A stretch of DNA of 64,000 bases, from positions 1-64,000 of IMG/VR virus record IMGVR_UViG_2663762966_000005; one strand, 5' to 3'. Every line of letters starts with the position of its first letter. Position 1 is the stretch's first letter. This stretch comes from an uncultured virus (IMG/VR IMGVR_UViG_2663762966_000005) (lineage: Duplodnaviria > Heunggongvirae > Uroviricota > Caudoviricetes). The notes below the pieces were generated by a model, which saw only the letters and a list, made by a program, of their open reading frames with translations, had not been told where the DNA came from and did not search any database. The position numbers and the translations under genes are program-made. This document shows positions 9,470 to 18,891 of this stretch, piece by piece.

Positions 9470-9928
9470 ATGAGCAAAGTTTTAATTGGAATTGATACTG
9501 GAGTAAATACCGGCTTTGCAGTGGCATTTGACCAGGGTAATGGTGGCCAACTACAAGATGTTGAATCTCTAACAATTACTCAGGCTATGAGCAAAGTTTT
9601 AGAGCTGGTAGAGGGTCATGGCAAAGAAAATCTAATGTTGTTTATTGAGGATGCCCGTTTGCGTACATGGTTTGGTAATGCAGATGCGCGACAAGATCGC
9701 AGTGGTGCCGGAGTTCGTGAAGGGATCGGATCCGTGAAGAGGGATGCTCAGATTTGGGAGGATTGGTGCAAAGAACAAGGCTTGAAATACAAGATGATTC
9801 ACCCTGCAGCTAACAAAACCAAAACTGATGCTAAGTATTTTTCAAAACTAACAGGGTGGGCAAAGAGAACTAATGAACATGCACGGGATGCAGCAATGCT
9901 TGTATTCGGGCGATATGCAAAATTTTGA
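9470..9928 (+). CDS. RuvC-like Holliday junction resolvase
   Basis: IGIDTG, FIED and NEHARDAAML acidic motifs of the RNase H fold. Confidence 0.7.
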   Translation: MSKVLIGIDTGVNTGFAVAFDQGNGGQLQDVESLTITQAMSKVLELVEGHGKENLMLFIEDARLRTWFGNADARQDRSGAGVREGIGSVKRDAQIWEDWCKEQGLKYKMIHPAANKTKTDAKYFSKLTGWAKRTNEHARDAAMLVFGRYAKF

Positions 9929-9990
9929 TGTGAAAAAGGTTTTAACAAGTTGTTTTTTATTAAAGGTAAAGGGTAAGTAGGAAGGCGATT

Positions 9991-10743
9991 ATGCTAGTTG
10001 AAAAGTTTGATTTTATTGAGTTACTTCGCCTTGCTATTGCTCAAGGCAAAGCTGAAGGTAAGAAAATTTCTAAAGATGTTGTTTTAGGTGAATTAGCACT
10101 TTTATCACCAGCTGCAAAGCTTTGGGCCACTGTCTTGATTGAAAAGGTTGATTTTGAGCGAATCGCAATAATTACCCCAGCACAAAAACAGACTGAAACT
10201 TTTTACAGTAAGTATGACTTTAATTTTCAAACCGAACGCCGTATTGAAGATATTCCGGGTAAGGTTGAGTTTGTTCGTGGTGAGATTAAATCAGGTAATT
10301 TTTTCCGAGCGCGAAATAAATTAGCGGTAGAGATTCATAAAGAAATGGTAAAGAAAAAATTTACCCCTACTAATGCCCAAGGTGATCTTACTAATCTGGC
10401 AAAAGGTATGGCTGAGATTATTTTGCGTGGCCATGTTTTTGTTAAGGCTATGTGTGGAGTCTGCCAAGGGTTGGGTAAAATTGAGACATTTGGTTTAAAT
10501 GGCTTTCCAAATGGGGCCATGTTTTGTGGGAAGTGTAATGGAACTGGAAAACGACCATATACGTTGAAAGAGAAAATGAATATTGCTGGCATTGATGCAA
10601 CCAAAACAGCTTATATAAAGAGTTATCAGAAATTTGAGCTGTTTGGAGAATCAATCGTTGCTGAATGGGAAAATGAAATTAGAACGCGTATTTCTCGATC
10701 ATTCCGTTTTGAACTTCCTGATACTCAAGAAACTTGTGCTTGA
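9991..10743 (+). CDS. Q-like late antiterminator with DnaJ-type Zn finger
   Basis: CGVCQGLG and CGKCNGTG repeats; last early-right gene, followed by a promoter and terminator. Confidence 0.7.
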   Translation: MLVEKFDFIELLRLAIAQGKAEGKKISKDVVLGELALLSPAAKLWATVLIEKVDFERIAIITPAQKQTETFYSKYDFNFQTERRIEDIPGKVEFVRGEIKSGNFFRARNKLAVEIHKEMVKKKFTPTNAQGDLTNLAKGMAEIILRGHVFVKAMCGVCQGLGKIETFGLNGFPNGAMFCGKCNGTGKRPYTLKEKMNIAGIDATKTAYIKSYQKFELFGESIVAEWENEIRTRISRSFRFELPDTQETCA

Positions 10744-10769
10744 CAGTTGGGTATACACTTGAGTATAAA
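10740..10769 (+). promoter_or_regulatory. PR'-like late promoter
   Basis: TTGACA (10740-45) N18 TATAAA (10764-69) at the end of the Q-like gene. Confidence 0.55.
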
Positions 10770-10823
10770 GATTTCTAAAATGGGCGAAATGTAAAGTAAT
10801 CGCCAGTAAGAATTTTACAAATT

Positions 10824-10849
10824 AAAGCCCACTTAATAAGTGGGCTTTT
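10824..10849 (+). terminator. tR'-like intrinsic terminator
   Basis: AAAGCCCACTTA-A-TAAGTGGGCTTTT. Confidence 0.75.
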
Positions 10850-11003
10850 CCGAGTCCTGTTGGGGTTGCTGCCGACCTCCTAGTGAACAGGATGCCAGTG
10901 AAGCAATCATTTTACGATTGAGGCAATTAGGCAGCAACGACTGGGCGCCACACTATGATCAACAGCTTCAGGGGTCGTGGCATTGTTAATAGGGGAGTTC
11001 TGT

Positions 11004-11156
11004 ATGGAACAACTTGAAAAAACAAGCTCAGCGGGCTATCTCTGTGGTTTTGCTGTGTTATTTGGTGTACTTGCTGCATCATTTACACCAGCATTAGCAT
11101 TTGTGCTTACTTTGCTTGTTATGGTTGTAGGCATGGTCATAATAAAATTTGACTAA
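11004..11156 (+). CDS. Small hydrophobic membrane protein (50 aa; not in ORF track)
   Basis: GGGGAG RBS; MEQLEKTSSAGYLCGFAVLFGVLAASFTPALAFVLTLLVMVVGMVIIKFD. Confidence 0.6.
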   Translation: MEQLEKTSSAGYLCGFAVLFGVLAASFTPALAFVLTLLVMVVGMVIIKFD

Positions 11157-11257
11157 GGAAGCTGACAAAAAATTCTTAATGAGGTTTTTTTAAAGTCCAG
11201 TTAAGGGCTTTTTTTTATTGTGTTATAGTCCAGTCTGATTAAAAACTGGTAAATAAA

Positions 11258-11476
11258 ATGAATATCTGTGTTGGTGGTGAACTTGACGGGCAAAAGATTG
11301 AAAAAGAAGGGCGATTATTAAAAGCTTCTGATATCGACCCAAGTTTCACAACAGAATATTACAAACAGATTTTTAACCGCGACAATACGGTTTTCCATTT
11401 CTGGTTACCAATCGGATCTGACTTACATGACATGTCTGAGAAAGTTCTAAACATCCTTAGAGCACCTAAAAACTAG
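11258..11476 (+). CDS. Hypothetical protein
   Basis: 72-aa ORF followed by a terminator. Confidence 0.6.
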   Translation: MNICVGGELDGQKIEKEGRLLKASDIDPSFTTEYYKQIFNRDNTVFHFWLPIGSDLHDMSEKVLNILRAPKN

Positions 11477-11508
11477 TTTATCGTTTGCCGGACGTATTAC
11501 GGCGCAAG

Positions 11509-11551
11509 AAGCCCCGCTAAATATCGATTATTGGCGGGGCTTTGGTTTTTT
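11509..11551 (+). terminator. Intrinsic terminator
   Basis: AAGCCCCGCT...GGCGGGGCTTT followed by a T-run. Confidence 0.65.
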
Positions 11552-11702
11552 AATTTGAAAAAATTCAAAGATATTTTGATATATGTAAAAGCTAAGATAG
11601 CTATTAAAACTCAATCAAACATATTTTGTATTTAAAAAAATATATTGAAGATACAAACCCAGTAAGTATAATTAGTTTAAAAATAAGGATGTATTTGTCT
11701 TT

Positions 11703-12527
11703 ATGTCTATAATGCCAGTTAAAAAAGTTAATGAAATAGTTAACTTATTTGGATCTCCAGCCTTAAAAAATTTGAACAGTTTTAGTGAGCTTGGTAAAAA
11801 TAAAGCGATTCAAAAAAAGGCTATGCAGAATTTAGAAGCCATAGATCCAGTTCAGGCGAATACTGGATTAGGCATTTTATATGCTTATGAAAATAATCTT
11901 CCGCTTTCGCTAGAAGCATTTAAAAAAGCTTATATTTTTTCTGGTCATGGTTTGATTGAATCAATTCATTATGCTAATGCAGAGTTTCGTTATGGTGATC
12001 AATCAATTGGTATTTCTATTTATTTGGATTTAATTGAGAAAAAAAATTTAGCAGATGAGGTTTTAAGAAATATAATACTAAGTTTTACTACTTATTTATA
12101 TTTAAGTGAATTAGATTTAATTTTACAAAATCAAAAAGTAGCTGGTTTGGTCAATGAAATACTTAAAATTGAAATATTTGATGCGAAAATGATTTTAAAC
12201 TTTTTACATAAAAATCATATCTCTGTAGAATATTATCGAAAGTTAAGAAGACTTCCAGATTATGTTTTCAATAAGTATTATACGACTCCCACTAAAATTC
12301 TTAATGAAAAAATTCTTAATTTACATAGAAACGAAATGAGCATTTCATTTATTTTACCTGCATACCCGAATCAATTATATGGGAATGACTTGTTATCAAA
12401 AATAAATGATGAATTGCAATTACTAATTTTTGATCTTAATAAAGAGTTTAATGTAAGTTCTAGTTCGCCAGAAGACTTAATAACTGTATTTTTTTCAGTT
12501 GAAGATGTTATTGAGGGTGTTGCTTAA
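11703..12527 (+). CDS. TPR-like helical-repeat protein (AT-rich moron)
   Basis: ANTGLGILYAYENNLPLSLEAFKKAY is TPR-like; upstream TTGAAG-N16-TATAAT (11645-11672). Confidence 0.65.
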   Translation: MSIMPVKKVNEIVNLFGSPALKNLNSFSELGKNKAIQKKAMQNLEAIDPVQANTGLGILYAYENNLPLSLEAFKKAYIFSGHGLIESIHYANAEFRYGDQSIGISIYLDLIEKKNLADEVLRNIILSFTTYLYLSELDLILQNQKVAGLVNEILKIEIFDAKMILNFLHKNHISVEYYRKLRRLPDYVFNKYYTTPTKILNEKILNLHRNEMSISFILPAYPNQLYGNDLLSKINDELQLLIFDLNKEFNVSSSSPEDLITVFFSVEDVIEGVA

Positions 12528-12959
12528 GTGAATATTGATGAGTTGAACATATTAGCAACAAAATTACCTGAGTTAACAATTGAAGGTGTTTCGAAAGAAT
12601 GCTTAATACGTACTAGTGTAAGTAAGCATTATTATGATGTTTTTCATAATGTTAGAATTTGGCTTAATAAGTATTTTCCCGCAATATTAAAAGTCTGTGG
12701 TGGAGGAACTCATCAACAGTTAAGAACTTGTTTCGAATTACTGTATGAAAGTTTTAGTGATCAATCATTTCAAATGATTAGCTTGAAACTAAAGGTTCTA
12801 AATACTTTAAGAAATAATGCGGACTACGAGGTAGATAGTAATTTCAGAGATGGTAATTTAATTACGTTATTATCTGAAAAGAAAAGAATATTTGAACTCA
12901 TGAATTTTCTTTCTTCTAAGTATTCATCAGAGAATGGCGAAAAAAAAGATATTATTTAA
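12528..12959 (+). CDS. HEPN-domain protein (putative RNase)
   Basis: RTSVSKHYYDVFH...THQQL...LRNNADY HEPN signature (R-X4-Y). Confidence 0.72.
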   Translation: MNIDELNILATKLPELTIEGVSKECLIRTSVSKHYYDVFHNVRIWLNKYFPAILKVCGGGTHQQLRTCFELLYESFSDQSFQMISLKLKVLNTLRNNADYEVDSNFRDGNLITLLSEKKRIFELMNFLSSKYSSENGEKKDII

Positions 12960-12976
12960 AAGTTCCAAATTTTTAT

Positions 12977-12999
12977 AACCACCTTTGGGTGGTTTTTTT
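12977..12999 (+). terminator. Intrinsic terminator closing the moron
   Basis: AACCACC-TTTG-GGTGGTT followed by a T-run. Confidence 0.7.
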
Positions 13000-13011
13000 A
13001 ATGGGCGAAAT

Positions 13012-13479
13012 ATGAATGATAAAGAATACTTTTGGCTTACAAGAAAAAAAGAGCCCAAAACTAAACCCAAAAGTAGACCGCTGCCTAAAGCTACTCAAAA
13101 GTACTTAGAAGCTGAAGAAGAATTTACACAAGCTTTAGATAATCTGGGAATTAAGTATGAAAAGAAATTCCAGTTTAAGTCTACAAAGCACTGGCGGTTT
13201 GATTTTCATTTAATTGAACATCGTATTTTAGTTGAAATTGCTGGTGGACCTTGGTCTGGTGGACGAAAGGGCAAGCTGGCAACAAAAGCGTGGAGTATGG
13301 ACCGTTACGATGTTGCTGAATCAATGGGATATACCGTTGTTCGGTTAGAGGCAGCACCAAGATTTAAGATTAATGAATCTGGTCCATTACAGATCCAAGC
13401 TCATTTCGCAAGCCAATGGCTTAAAAATTTAAAGAGGCAAATATTTAATGGATCAGATCAGACCATTTCCTCCAACTGA
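13012..13479 (+). CDS. DUF559/Vsr-like PD-(D/E)XK nuclease
   Basis: WRFDF...ILVEIAGG...GYTVVRL. Confidence 0.65.
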   Translation: MNDKEYFWLTRKKEPKTKPKSRPLPKATQKYLEAEEEFTQALDNLGIKYEKKFQFKSTKHWRFDFHLIEHRILVEIAGGPWSGGRKGKLATKAWSMDRYDVAESMGYTVVRLEAAPRFKINESGPLQIQAHFASQWLKNLKRQIFNGSDQTISSN

Positions 13480-14089
13480 TTTTATGGATCAGGCCGAAGA
13501 AGAGGAAGCACTCCGTTTAATACCTGCACCTGATTTAAAACTATGGGTAGTTGCTAATTTTCTTACGCTGGGTGGACCTTTACATAATCCAGATCACGAC
13601 CATATCGCTGAGATGCTTCATGATAATGAGGGTTTCTTGGCTTTCGCATGGGCTTCTTCTGCTTATACCAGAGCTAAGCGTATGGTGCTCGGCCAATGTG
13701 AAAAGGTTATGTTTCAACAAGGCGGCTGGAAGAAAGCTCGACAAGAGCAGCAAATGCGCGACTGGTTCGGATTCGTTCCAGTTTACTTAATCACAATCGA
13801 TGCAAGCTTTTGTGAAAAGGCAAACGATAGCGAGTTCTGTGCTTTGCTTGAACATGAGCTTTATCACATCGGTGTAGAACGAGACTCGGACGGTGAAATT
13901 ATTTACAGTGATCATACTGGCTTACCAAAGCACTATTTAGCCGGTCACGATGTGGAAGAGTTTATCGGTGTTGTAAAACGCTGGGGAGCAAATGACAGTG
14001 TTAAGAGGCTTATTGAAGTTGCTAAAAACCCGCCGTTTGTTTCTGATTTAGATATTTCGAAATGTTGTGGAAACTGCGTAATCAATTGA
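13448..14089 (+). CDS. Putative phage metallopeptidase
   Basis: HELYH (HExxH) and HDVEEF motifs; lies before the terminase. Confidence 0.75.
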   Translation: MDQIRPFPPTDFMDQAEEEEALRLIPAPDLKLWVVANFLTLGGPLHNPDHDHIAEMLHDNEGFLAFAWASSAYTRAKRMVLGQCEKVMFQQGGWKKARQEQQMRDWFGFVPVYLITIDASFCEKANDSEFCALLEHELYHIGVERDSDGEIIYSDHTGLPKHYLAGHDVEEFIGVVKRWGANDSVKRLIEVAKNPPFVSDLDISKCCGNCVIN

Positions 14090-14147
14090 GCCATGAGGCT
14101 CTTTTTTTTGCCTATCTTCCTTGACGTACCTTGACGGATAGAGAGAA

Positions 14148-14630
14148 ATGGCATCTTTAAATAAAAAGCAAAAACTCTTTATTGTACGGTCACTTGCTGT
14201 ATTTAATACACCTCAAGAAACAGTATCGCTCGTCAAGGAAGAATTTAACATTGATGTGACACGTCAACAGGTCGAGACGTATGACCCTACTAAAAGAGCT
14301 GGTAAAGATCTTAGTGCTGAACTAAGAGCAGAGTTTGATCTGGCGAGAAAGGATTTCTTAGATAAGCCTGAGCATATCCCAACAGCAAATTTATCTGTAC
14401 GCCTAAAAATATTGAATGATTTAGTCTACAAAAATTCTCGAAATGTTAGGGCTGTTAGAGGACTGTTAGAACAAATTGCCAAAGAAGTAGGTGGTCAATT
14501 TACTAATACAAGTAAAACCCAATTAACGGGCGCAGATGGGCAACCATTGCAACCTCAACATGTTACTCAAGTTGTCGCAACGCCTGAACAGATAAAGCAG
14601 GTGTTAGATGAACTCCAAGGTAAATACTAA
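14148..14630 (+). CDS. terS: Terminase small subunit (DUF2280-like)
   Basis: YDPTK motif, LEQIAKEVG and TGADGQPL tail; directly upstream of TerL. Confidence 0.8.
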   Translation: MASLNKKQKLFIVRSLAVFNTPQETVSLVKEEFNIDVTRQQVETYDPTKRAGKDLSAELRAEFDLARKDFLDKPEHIPTANLSVRLKILNDLVYKNSRNVRAVRGLLEQIAKEVGGQFTNTSKTQLTGADGQPLQPQHVTQVVATPEQIKQVLDELQGKY

Positions 14631-16134
14631 GCTGCTCGAAATGCAGTTAGAGCGAGAGCTTTGTGAGAAAGAACATTTATTCTTTACACGGCGTTTTTTC
14701 TTACCTCGCATGGGCTTTAAGTTTTCGGTCAATTGGCATCATGAATATATTGCCGACAAGATAGACGAAGTAATTGCGGGCAAGGTTAAGAACTTAGTTA
14801 TTAACGTTCCACCGGGCAGTGGTAAGACAGAATTACTCACTAATCTTATTGCCCGTGGTATAGCTCGTAATGCTCGTTCCCGGTTCTTGTATTTATCTTT
14901 CTCACAATCACTTGTAGAGGACGTATCTGCAACAGCTAGAAATATTGTTAAGTCAGAAGACTTTCAGAGTTTATGGCCAGTAAAGATCTCTACCAGTACG
15001 GACGCTAAGTCTAGTTGGAAAACCACAGTCGATGGATATGACGCAGGTCATGTTTATTCTGCTTCGATGGGTGGGCAGGTCACGGGTCGCCGTGCTGGTA
15101 CATTAGCTAATGAGGGCTTTACCGGTGCCATTATTCTTGATGACCCATTAAAGCCTGAGGATGCATTTAGCCAGACCGCTAGACGTAAAGCTAACCGTAA
15201 AATTCTAAACACGGTCAACTCTCGTAAAGCTAAATCTGACACGCCAATTATTCTGATCATGCAACGTTTGCACGTTGAAGATCCGACTAACTTTGTGTTG
15301 ACTGGCAATGTACCTGGTGACTGGGAACAGATCAGTATTCCCGCGCTTATCGATGATGAGTACATCAGTAAGTTACCAGAAAAAATACAGCGCAAAATTC
15401 CACGTAATGTTGAGCGTGATGCCAAAGGCCGTCAAAGCTACTGGCCGTTAAAAGAATCTTTACTTTCATTGCTGCAGCTGGAGAAAGGCGGGGAAGATAA
15501 AGACGGCGCCACAGTGTCACGCTACACATTTGCAAGCCAATACATGCAAAACCCTAAAAAGCTGGGTGGTGATCTGGTTAAGGCTGAATGGTTCCCACGT
15601 TATCTAGAGCTACCTGTTCTTAAGTGGCGGGCTGTATGGGCCGATACTGCTCAGAAGGTCAAAAAGCATAATGACTTCTCGGTGTTCTTATGTGCTGGTC
15701 TGGGCTATGACAATAACCTTTACATCATTGATGTGAAACGCGGGAAATGGGAAGCACCTGAGCTATTGAAGGAGGCTAAAGCCTTTATCAATAAGCATAA
15801 GGATAGCAACACCAAAATCGGCAAACTTCGTTATATGGCCGTAGAAGATAAGGCGAGTGGTACCGGATTAATTCAATCTATTTCTAGGGAAACTACCTTA
15901 CCTATTAGGGCAATTCAGCGGGATGAGGACAAATTGTCACGGACAATGGACGTCATTCTTTATGTTGAAGATCAGCGCGTTTGGTTACCAGCTAATGCAC
16001 CGTGGCTATTGAACTACATTGAAGAGATTGAAGGCCTTACTGCTGATTGGTCACATGATCATGACGACCAGTGGGACCCGACCATTGATGCAATTAATGA
16101 TTCATTAGCCAAAAAGCCAACTGTATTTGATTAG
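14608..16134 (+). CDS. terL: Terminase large subunit
   Basis: Walker A PPGSGKT, Walker B IILDD, and nuclease motif HDDQWD. Confidence 0.93.
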   Translation: MNSKVNTKLLEMQLERELCEKEHLFFTRRFFLPRMGFKFSVNWHHEYIADKIDEVIAGKVKNLVINVPPGSGKTELLTNLIARGIARNARSRFLYLSFSQSLVEDVSATARNIVKSEDFQSLWPVKISTSTDAKSSWKTTVDGYDAGHVYSASMGGQVTGRRAGTLANEGFTGAIILDDPLKPEDAFSQTARRKANRKILNTVNSRKAKSDTPIILIMQRLHVEDPTNFVLTGNVPGDWEQISIPALIDDEYISKLPEKIQRKIPRNVERDAKGRQSYWPLKESLLSLLQLEKGGEDKDGATVSRYTFASQYMQNPKKLGGDLVKAEWFPRYLELPVLKWRAVWADTAQKVKKHNDFSVFLCAGLGYDNNLYIIDVKRGKWEAPELLKEAKAFINKHKDSNTKIGKLRYMAVEDKASGTGLIQSISRETTLPIRAIQRDEDKLSRTMDVILYVEDQRVWLPANAPWLLNYIEEIEGLTADWSHDHDDQWDPTIDAINDSLAKKPTVFD

Positions 16135-16142
16135 AGGAAATT

Positions 16143-17468
16143 ATGGCTGAAACTAAAAAGCCCGATGCAATTGGCGATGCAGGGGCGTACACAAACTTTG
16201 TCTCAAATATTGGTACCGAACGTGACAAGGCATCACACGGTTCTTTCGTTAAGAAGGTAATTCCTGATGAGCAATTAGAAGCCGTGTATCAACACTGGTT
16301 AGCTAAACGAATCGTCAACCGTCCAGCAAGTGATATGCTCCGAGCTGGTTGGTTCTATGAAGGGATTCAGGATAGCGATTTATTGAAGCTTAAAGAGGCG
16401 TGTAAGGCTTTTAACTTAGATGGGGTGCTCTTATCAAGTTTAGTCCTTTCTCGCTTGTATGGCGTTTGCTATGTGCTTCTAGGTACTGTGGACGGCGGTA
16501 ACTTAGATCAACCATTTGATTTAAACAAGTTAGGTGTTGGCCGTTTAGAGTTTTTTACGGTACTCAAGAAAAAGCAGATTGAAGCCGATACGTCAAAGTA
16601 CTTGCCTCCAAATGAAGCTGGCGGGCTTCTTAAGCAACCTGAATTTTACAAGCTTAAGCTCGATGGAAAATCTAACCAACGGATCCACCACACTCGCTTG
16701 ATTAAATTTGGTCATGCTGATGTGGTCAATGAAGAGCCAGTCAGTGTTTTACAGGAAGTTTATGAAGATCTGCTCGATCATGCTGCTGTTAAGAAAGCCA
16801 CTGCAAGCTTAGTCCATGAATCAAAAATTGATGTGATTAGGACGCCCAACTTGGTCGATAAGATCAAAGAGGACATGAAATCCGTAGTTGAACGTTTTCT
16901 CAGTGTCGGATTGCTTAAGGGTATAAACGGTATGCTCGTCTTGGATAAAGACGAAGAATACGATTCTAAATCTTATAGCTTTGGTGGTTTACCTGACCTT
17001 ATGCGTGAATTTTCAATTCAAGCTGCTGGTGCTGCTGATATGCCATATACAATTTTATTTGGCCAATCACCAGCGGGGATGAATGCAACAGGTGAGCATG
17101 ACACACGCAACTATTACGACAGTATCGCAACTAAGCAAACATGGACCTTAAAGCCATTCGTGATGAAGCTTTTAAGGGTAATTGTTCAAACTACATTTGG
17201 ACGTCAGATTCCAAGCTTAGACGTTGTATTCAATCCACTCTGGCAATTAGACGCAAAAGTCCGTTCTGAAGTTGAGAAAGCTAACGCTGAACGGGATGCT
17301 AAATATTTAGAGATGGGCATTATTACAGAGCCACAGATAGCAAAACAGCTTGTTATTGACGGTGTTTATTCAGTGATTGATGAAGAACATATCAAAGAGC
17401 TTGAAATAATGGTGAAGCGTAATGACGACGATAATTCAGATTCTGAAACCCCACCTCCAGCAGGCTAA
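16143..17468 (+). CDS. Portal protein (DUF1073-like)
   Basis: Follows TerL; SRLYG and ILFGQSPAGMNATGEHDTRNYYD motifs. Confidence 0.85.
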   Translation: MAETKKPDAIGDAGAYTNFVSNIGTERDKASHGSFVKKVIPDEQLEAVYQHWLAKRIVNRPASDMLRAGWFYEGIQDSDLLKLKEACKAFNLDGVLLSSLVLSRLYGVCYVLLGTVDGGNLDQPFDLNKLGVGRLEFFTVLKKKQIEADTSKYLPPNEAGGLLKQPEFYKLKLDGKSNQRIHHTRLIKFGHADVVNEEPVSVLQEVYEDLLDHAAVKKATASLVHESKIDVIRTPNLVDKIKEDMKSVVERFLSVGLLKGINGMLVLDKDEEYDSKSYSFGGLPDLMREFSIQAAGAADMPYTILFGQSPAGMNATGEHDTRNYYDSIATKQTWTLKPFVMKLLRVIVQTTFGRQIPSLDVVFNPLWQLDAKVRSEVEKANAERDAKYLEMGIITEPQIAKQLVIDGVYSVIDEEHIKELEIMVKRNDDDNSDSETPPPAG

Positions 17469-18234
17469 GAAACGAAAAAAGGGTCGTAAAGCTTCTAAGC
17501 CGAGGGCCGTGCACGTAAATCGCCGTGTAGAGCTATATTACACACGGCAATTACTGGCTATTTCTAAATACTGTCAGGAACAAACAAAGGAATTAGTTAT
17601 CCCTACAGTCGGCCAGAATATCGGTGATGCTTGGTTTTCTGACATGATGACGGCGTTTAGGGAAAAGCTCACAAAGTATGTTGTTGAGGTTTCGCGACCT
17701 TTAGCTACAAAGGTCGTGACTGACACCCAAAAGGAAGTGGACAAGCAAATTGCAGAGCACACCAAAACAATTATTGGTGTGGATCTTACGCCGTTCTATC
17801 GAGCTGCTGATATTCAGGATGAGGTAGATCTAAACATTACGGCTAATGTCAGTTTGATTAAGTCCATTCCACAGCAATATGCCGATAAGCTTGAAGTATT
17901 AATTACTAATGCTTTGCAGACTGGACAAACCAATGAAGAGTTGGCCAAAGCTATTAAGCAATTAGGGTTATCTACTGATTATCGTGCACGTCTTATTGCT
18001 AGTGATCAGATGGGCAAGATTAACGGCCAAATTAACCAAGCTCGACAGCTTTCGATGGGTGTTGAGACATACACATGGCAAACGGCGAAAGACGAGCGAG
18101 TGCGCCCAGATCACCAGCATAAACAGGGCAAGACATTTAGATGGGATTCACCGCCAGATGGGGGACATCCCGGTCAGCCTATCCGTTGTCGTTGCACGGC
18201 ACTACCTAATTATGAGGATATCTTAATTGACTGA
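17422..18234 (+). CDS. Head morphogenesis protein (Mu gpF/SPP1 gp7 family)
   Basis: WQTAKDERVRPDH...HPGQPIRCRC. Confidence 0.88.
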   Translation: MTTIIQILKPHLQQAKKRKKGRKASKPRAVHVNRRVELYYTRQLLAISKYCQEQTKELVIPTVGQNIGDAWFSDMMTAFREKLTKYVVEVSRPLATKVVTDTQKEVDKQIAEHTKTIIGVDLTPFYRAADIQDEVDLNITANVSLIKSIPQQYADKLEVLITNALQTGQTNEELAKAIKQLGLSTDYRARLIASDQMGKINGQINQARQLSMGVETYTWQTAKDERVRPDHQHKQGKTFRWDSPPDGGHPGQPIRCRCTALPNYEDILID

Positions 18235-18517
18235 TTCTAACGCTAGCGAGAAGTGCTGGAAGTGCGGGAAAGTACATGGCTCAAATGATGGCAGTGGTTA
18301 CCAGCCTTGTCGCAGTCCTAGACCAAAACCTGCGCCTCCACCACCATCTGTTTCTACCCCTCCAATAAAATGGGATGAAGTAAGTAACGTAACCCCTGAG
18401 CAAATTAACCAGATCCGAGAACTCACTTTGAAAAAGGTTTTCTTATCAGTTCTTTTAATTTCAATCCCCATTCTGCTTTGGAAATTAGATTCGATCATTA
18501 TGGCTTTAAAAGCCTAA
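18227..18517 (+). CDS. Hypothetical protein (CxxC, Pro-rich linker, C-terminal TM helix)
   Basis: Sequence composition; overlaps the upstream stop. Confidence 0.5.
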   Translation: MTDSNASEKCWKCGKVHGSNDGSGYQPCRSPRPKPAPPPPSVSTPPIKWDEVSNVTPEQINQIRELTLKKVFLSVLLISIPILLWKLDSIIMALKA

Positions 18518-18535
18518 TACCATTAATAAGGATTT

Positions 18536-18838
18536 ATGGCCATGAAGCGTAAAAAGTTTAGTAAAAAACGGTTTTATCGCCGTTTGCAAGCACAGGGATT
18601 AGTTAAAGGTGGTTATGTCAATTGGAATGGCGAATTAGAAATCTGGCAAATTCCTTGCTGTAACTTTCCTGATTTAGCTAAGGCAGCCGGTAAAGCTGCA
18701 GAAAAGTTTCAAGAGGTGGTGGAGAGTTTAAAAGGATTACAGTCGCCAAATATCAAACCCATTAAAAGTAATATTTTTATTGATGGTGTTGATTTCGGTT
18801 CTGCTAAAGACTTTTCTGTTACCTATTCAAGAACGTAA
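18536..18838 (+). CDS. Hypothetical protein
   Basis: AAGGA RBS; followed by terminator at 18856-18877. Confidence 0.55.
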   Translation: MAMKRKKFSKKRFYRRLQAQGLVKGGYVNWNGELEIWQIPCCNFPDLAKAAGKAAEKFQEVVESLKGLQSPNIKPIKSNIFIDGVDFGSAKDFSVTYSRT

Positions 18839-18891
18839 TTTTGAAAATTGATAAGGCCACCTTCGGGTGGTTTTTTTATTGAGCGCAATTT

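Noticed and set aside
16143..17468. Possible anti-CBASS Acb1 annotation of the DUF1073 protein
   Set aside because: Its size and position directly after TerL indicate a portal, and I see no paired HxT/S 2H-phosphoesterase motifs.
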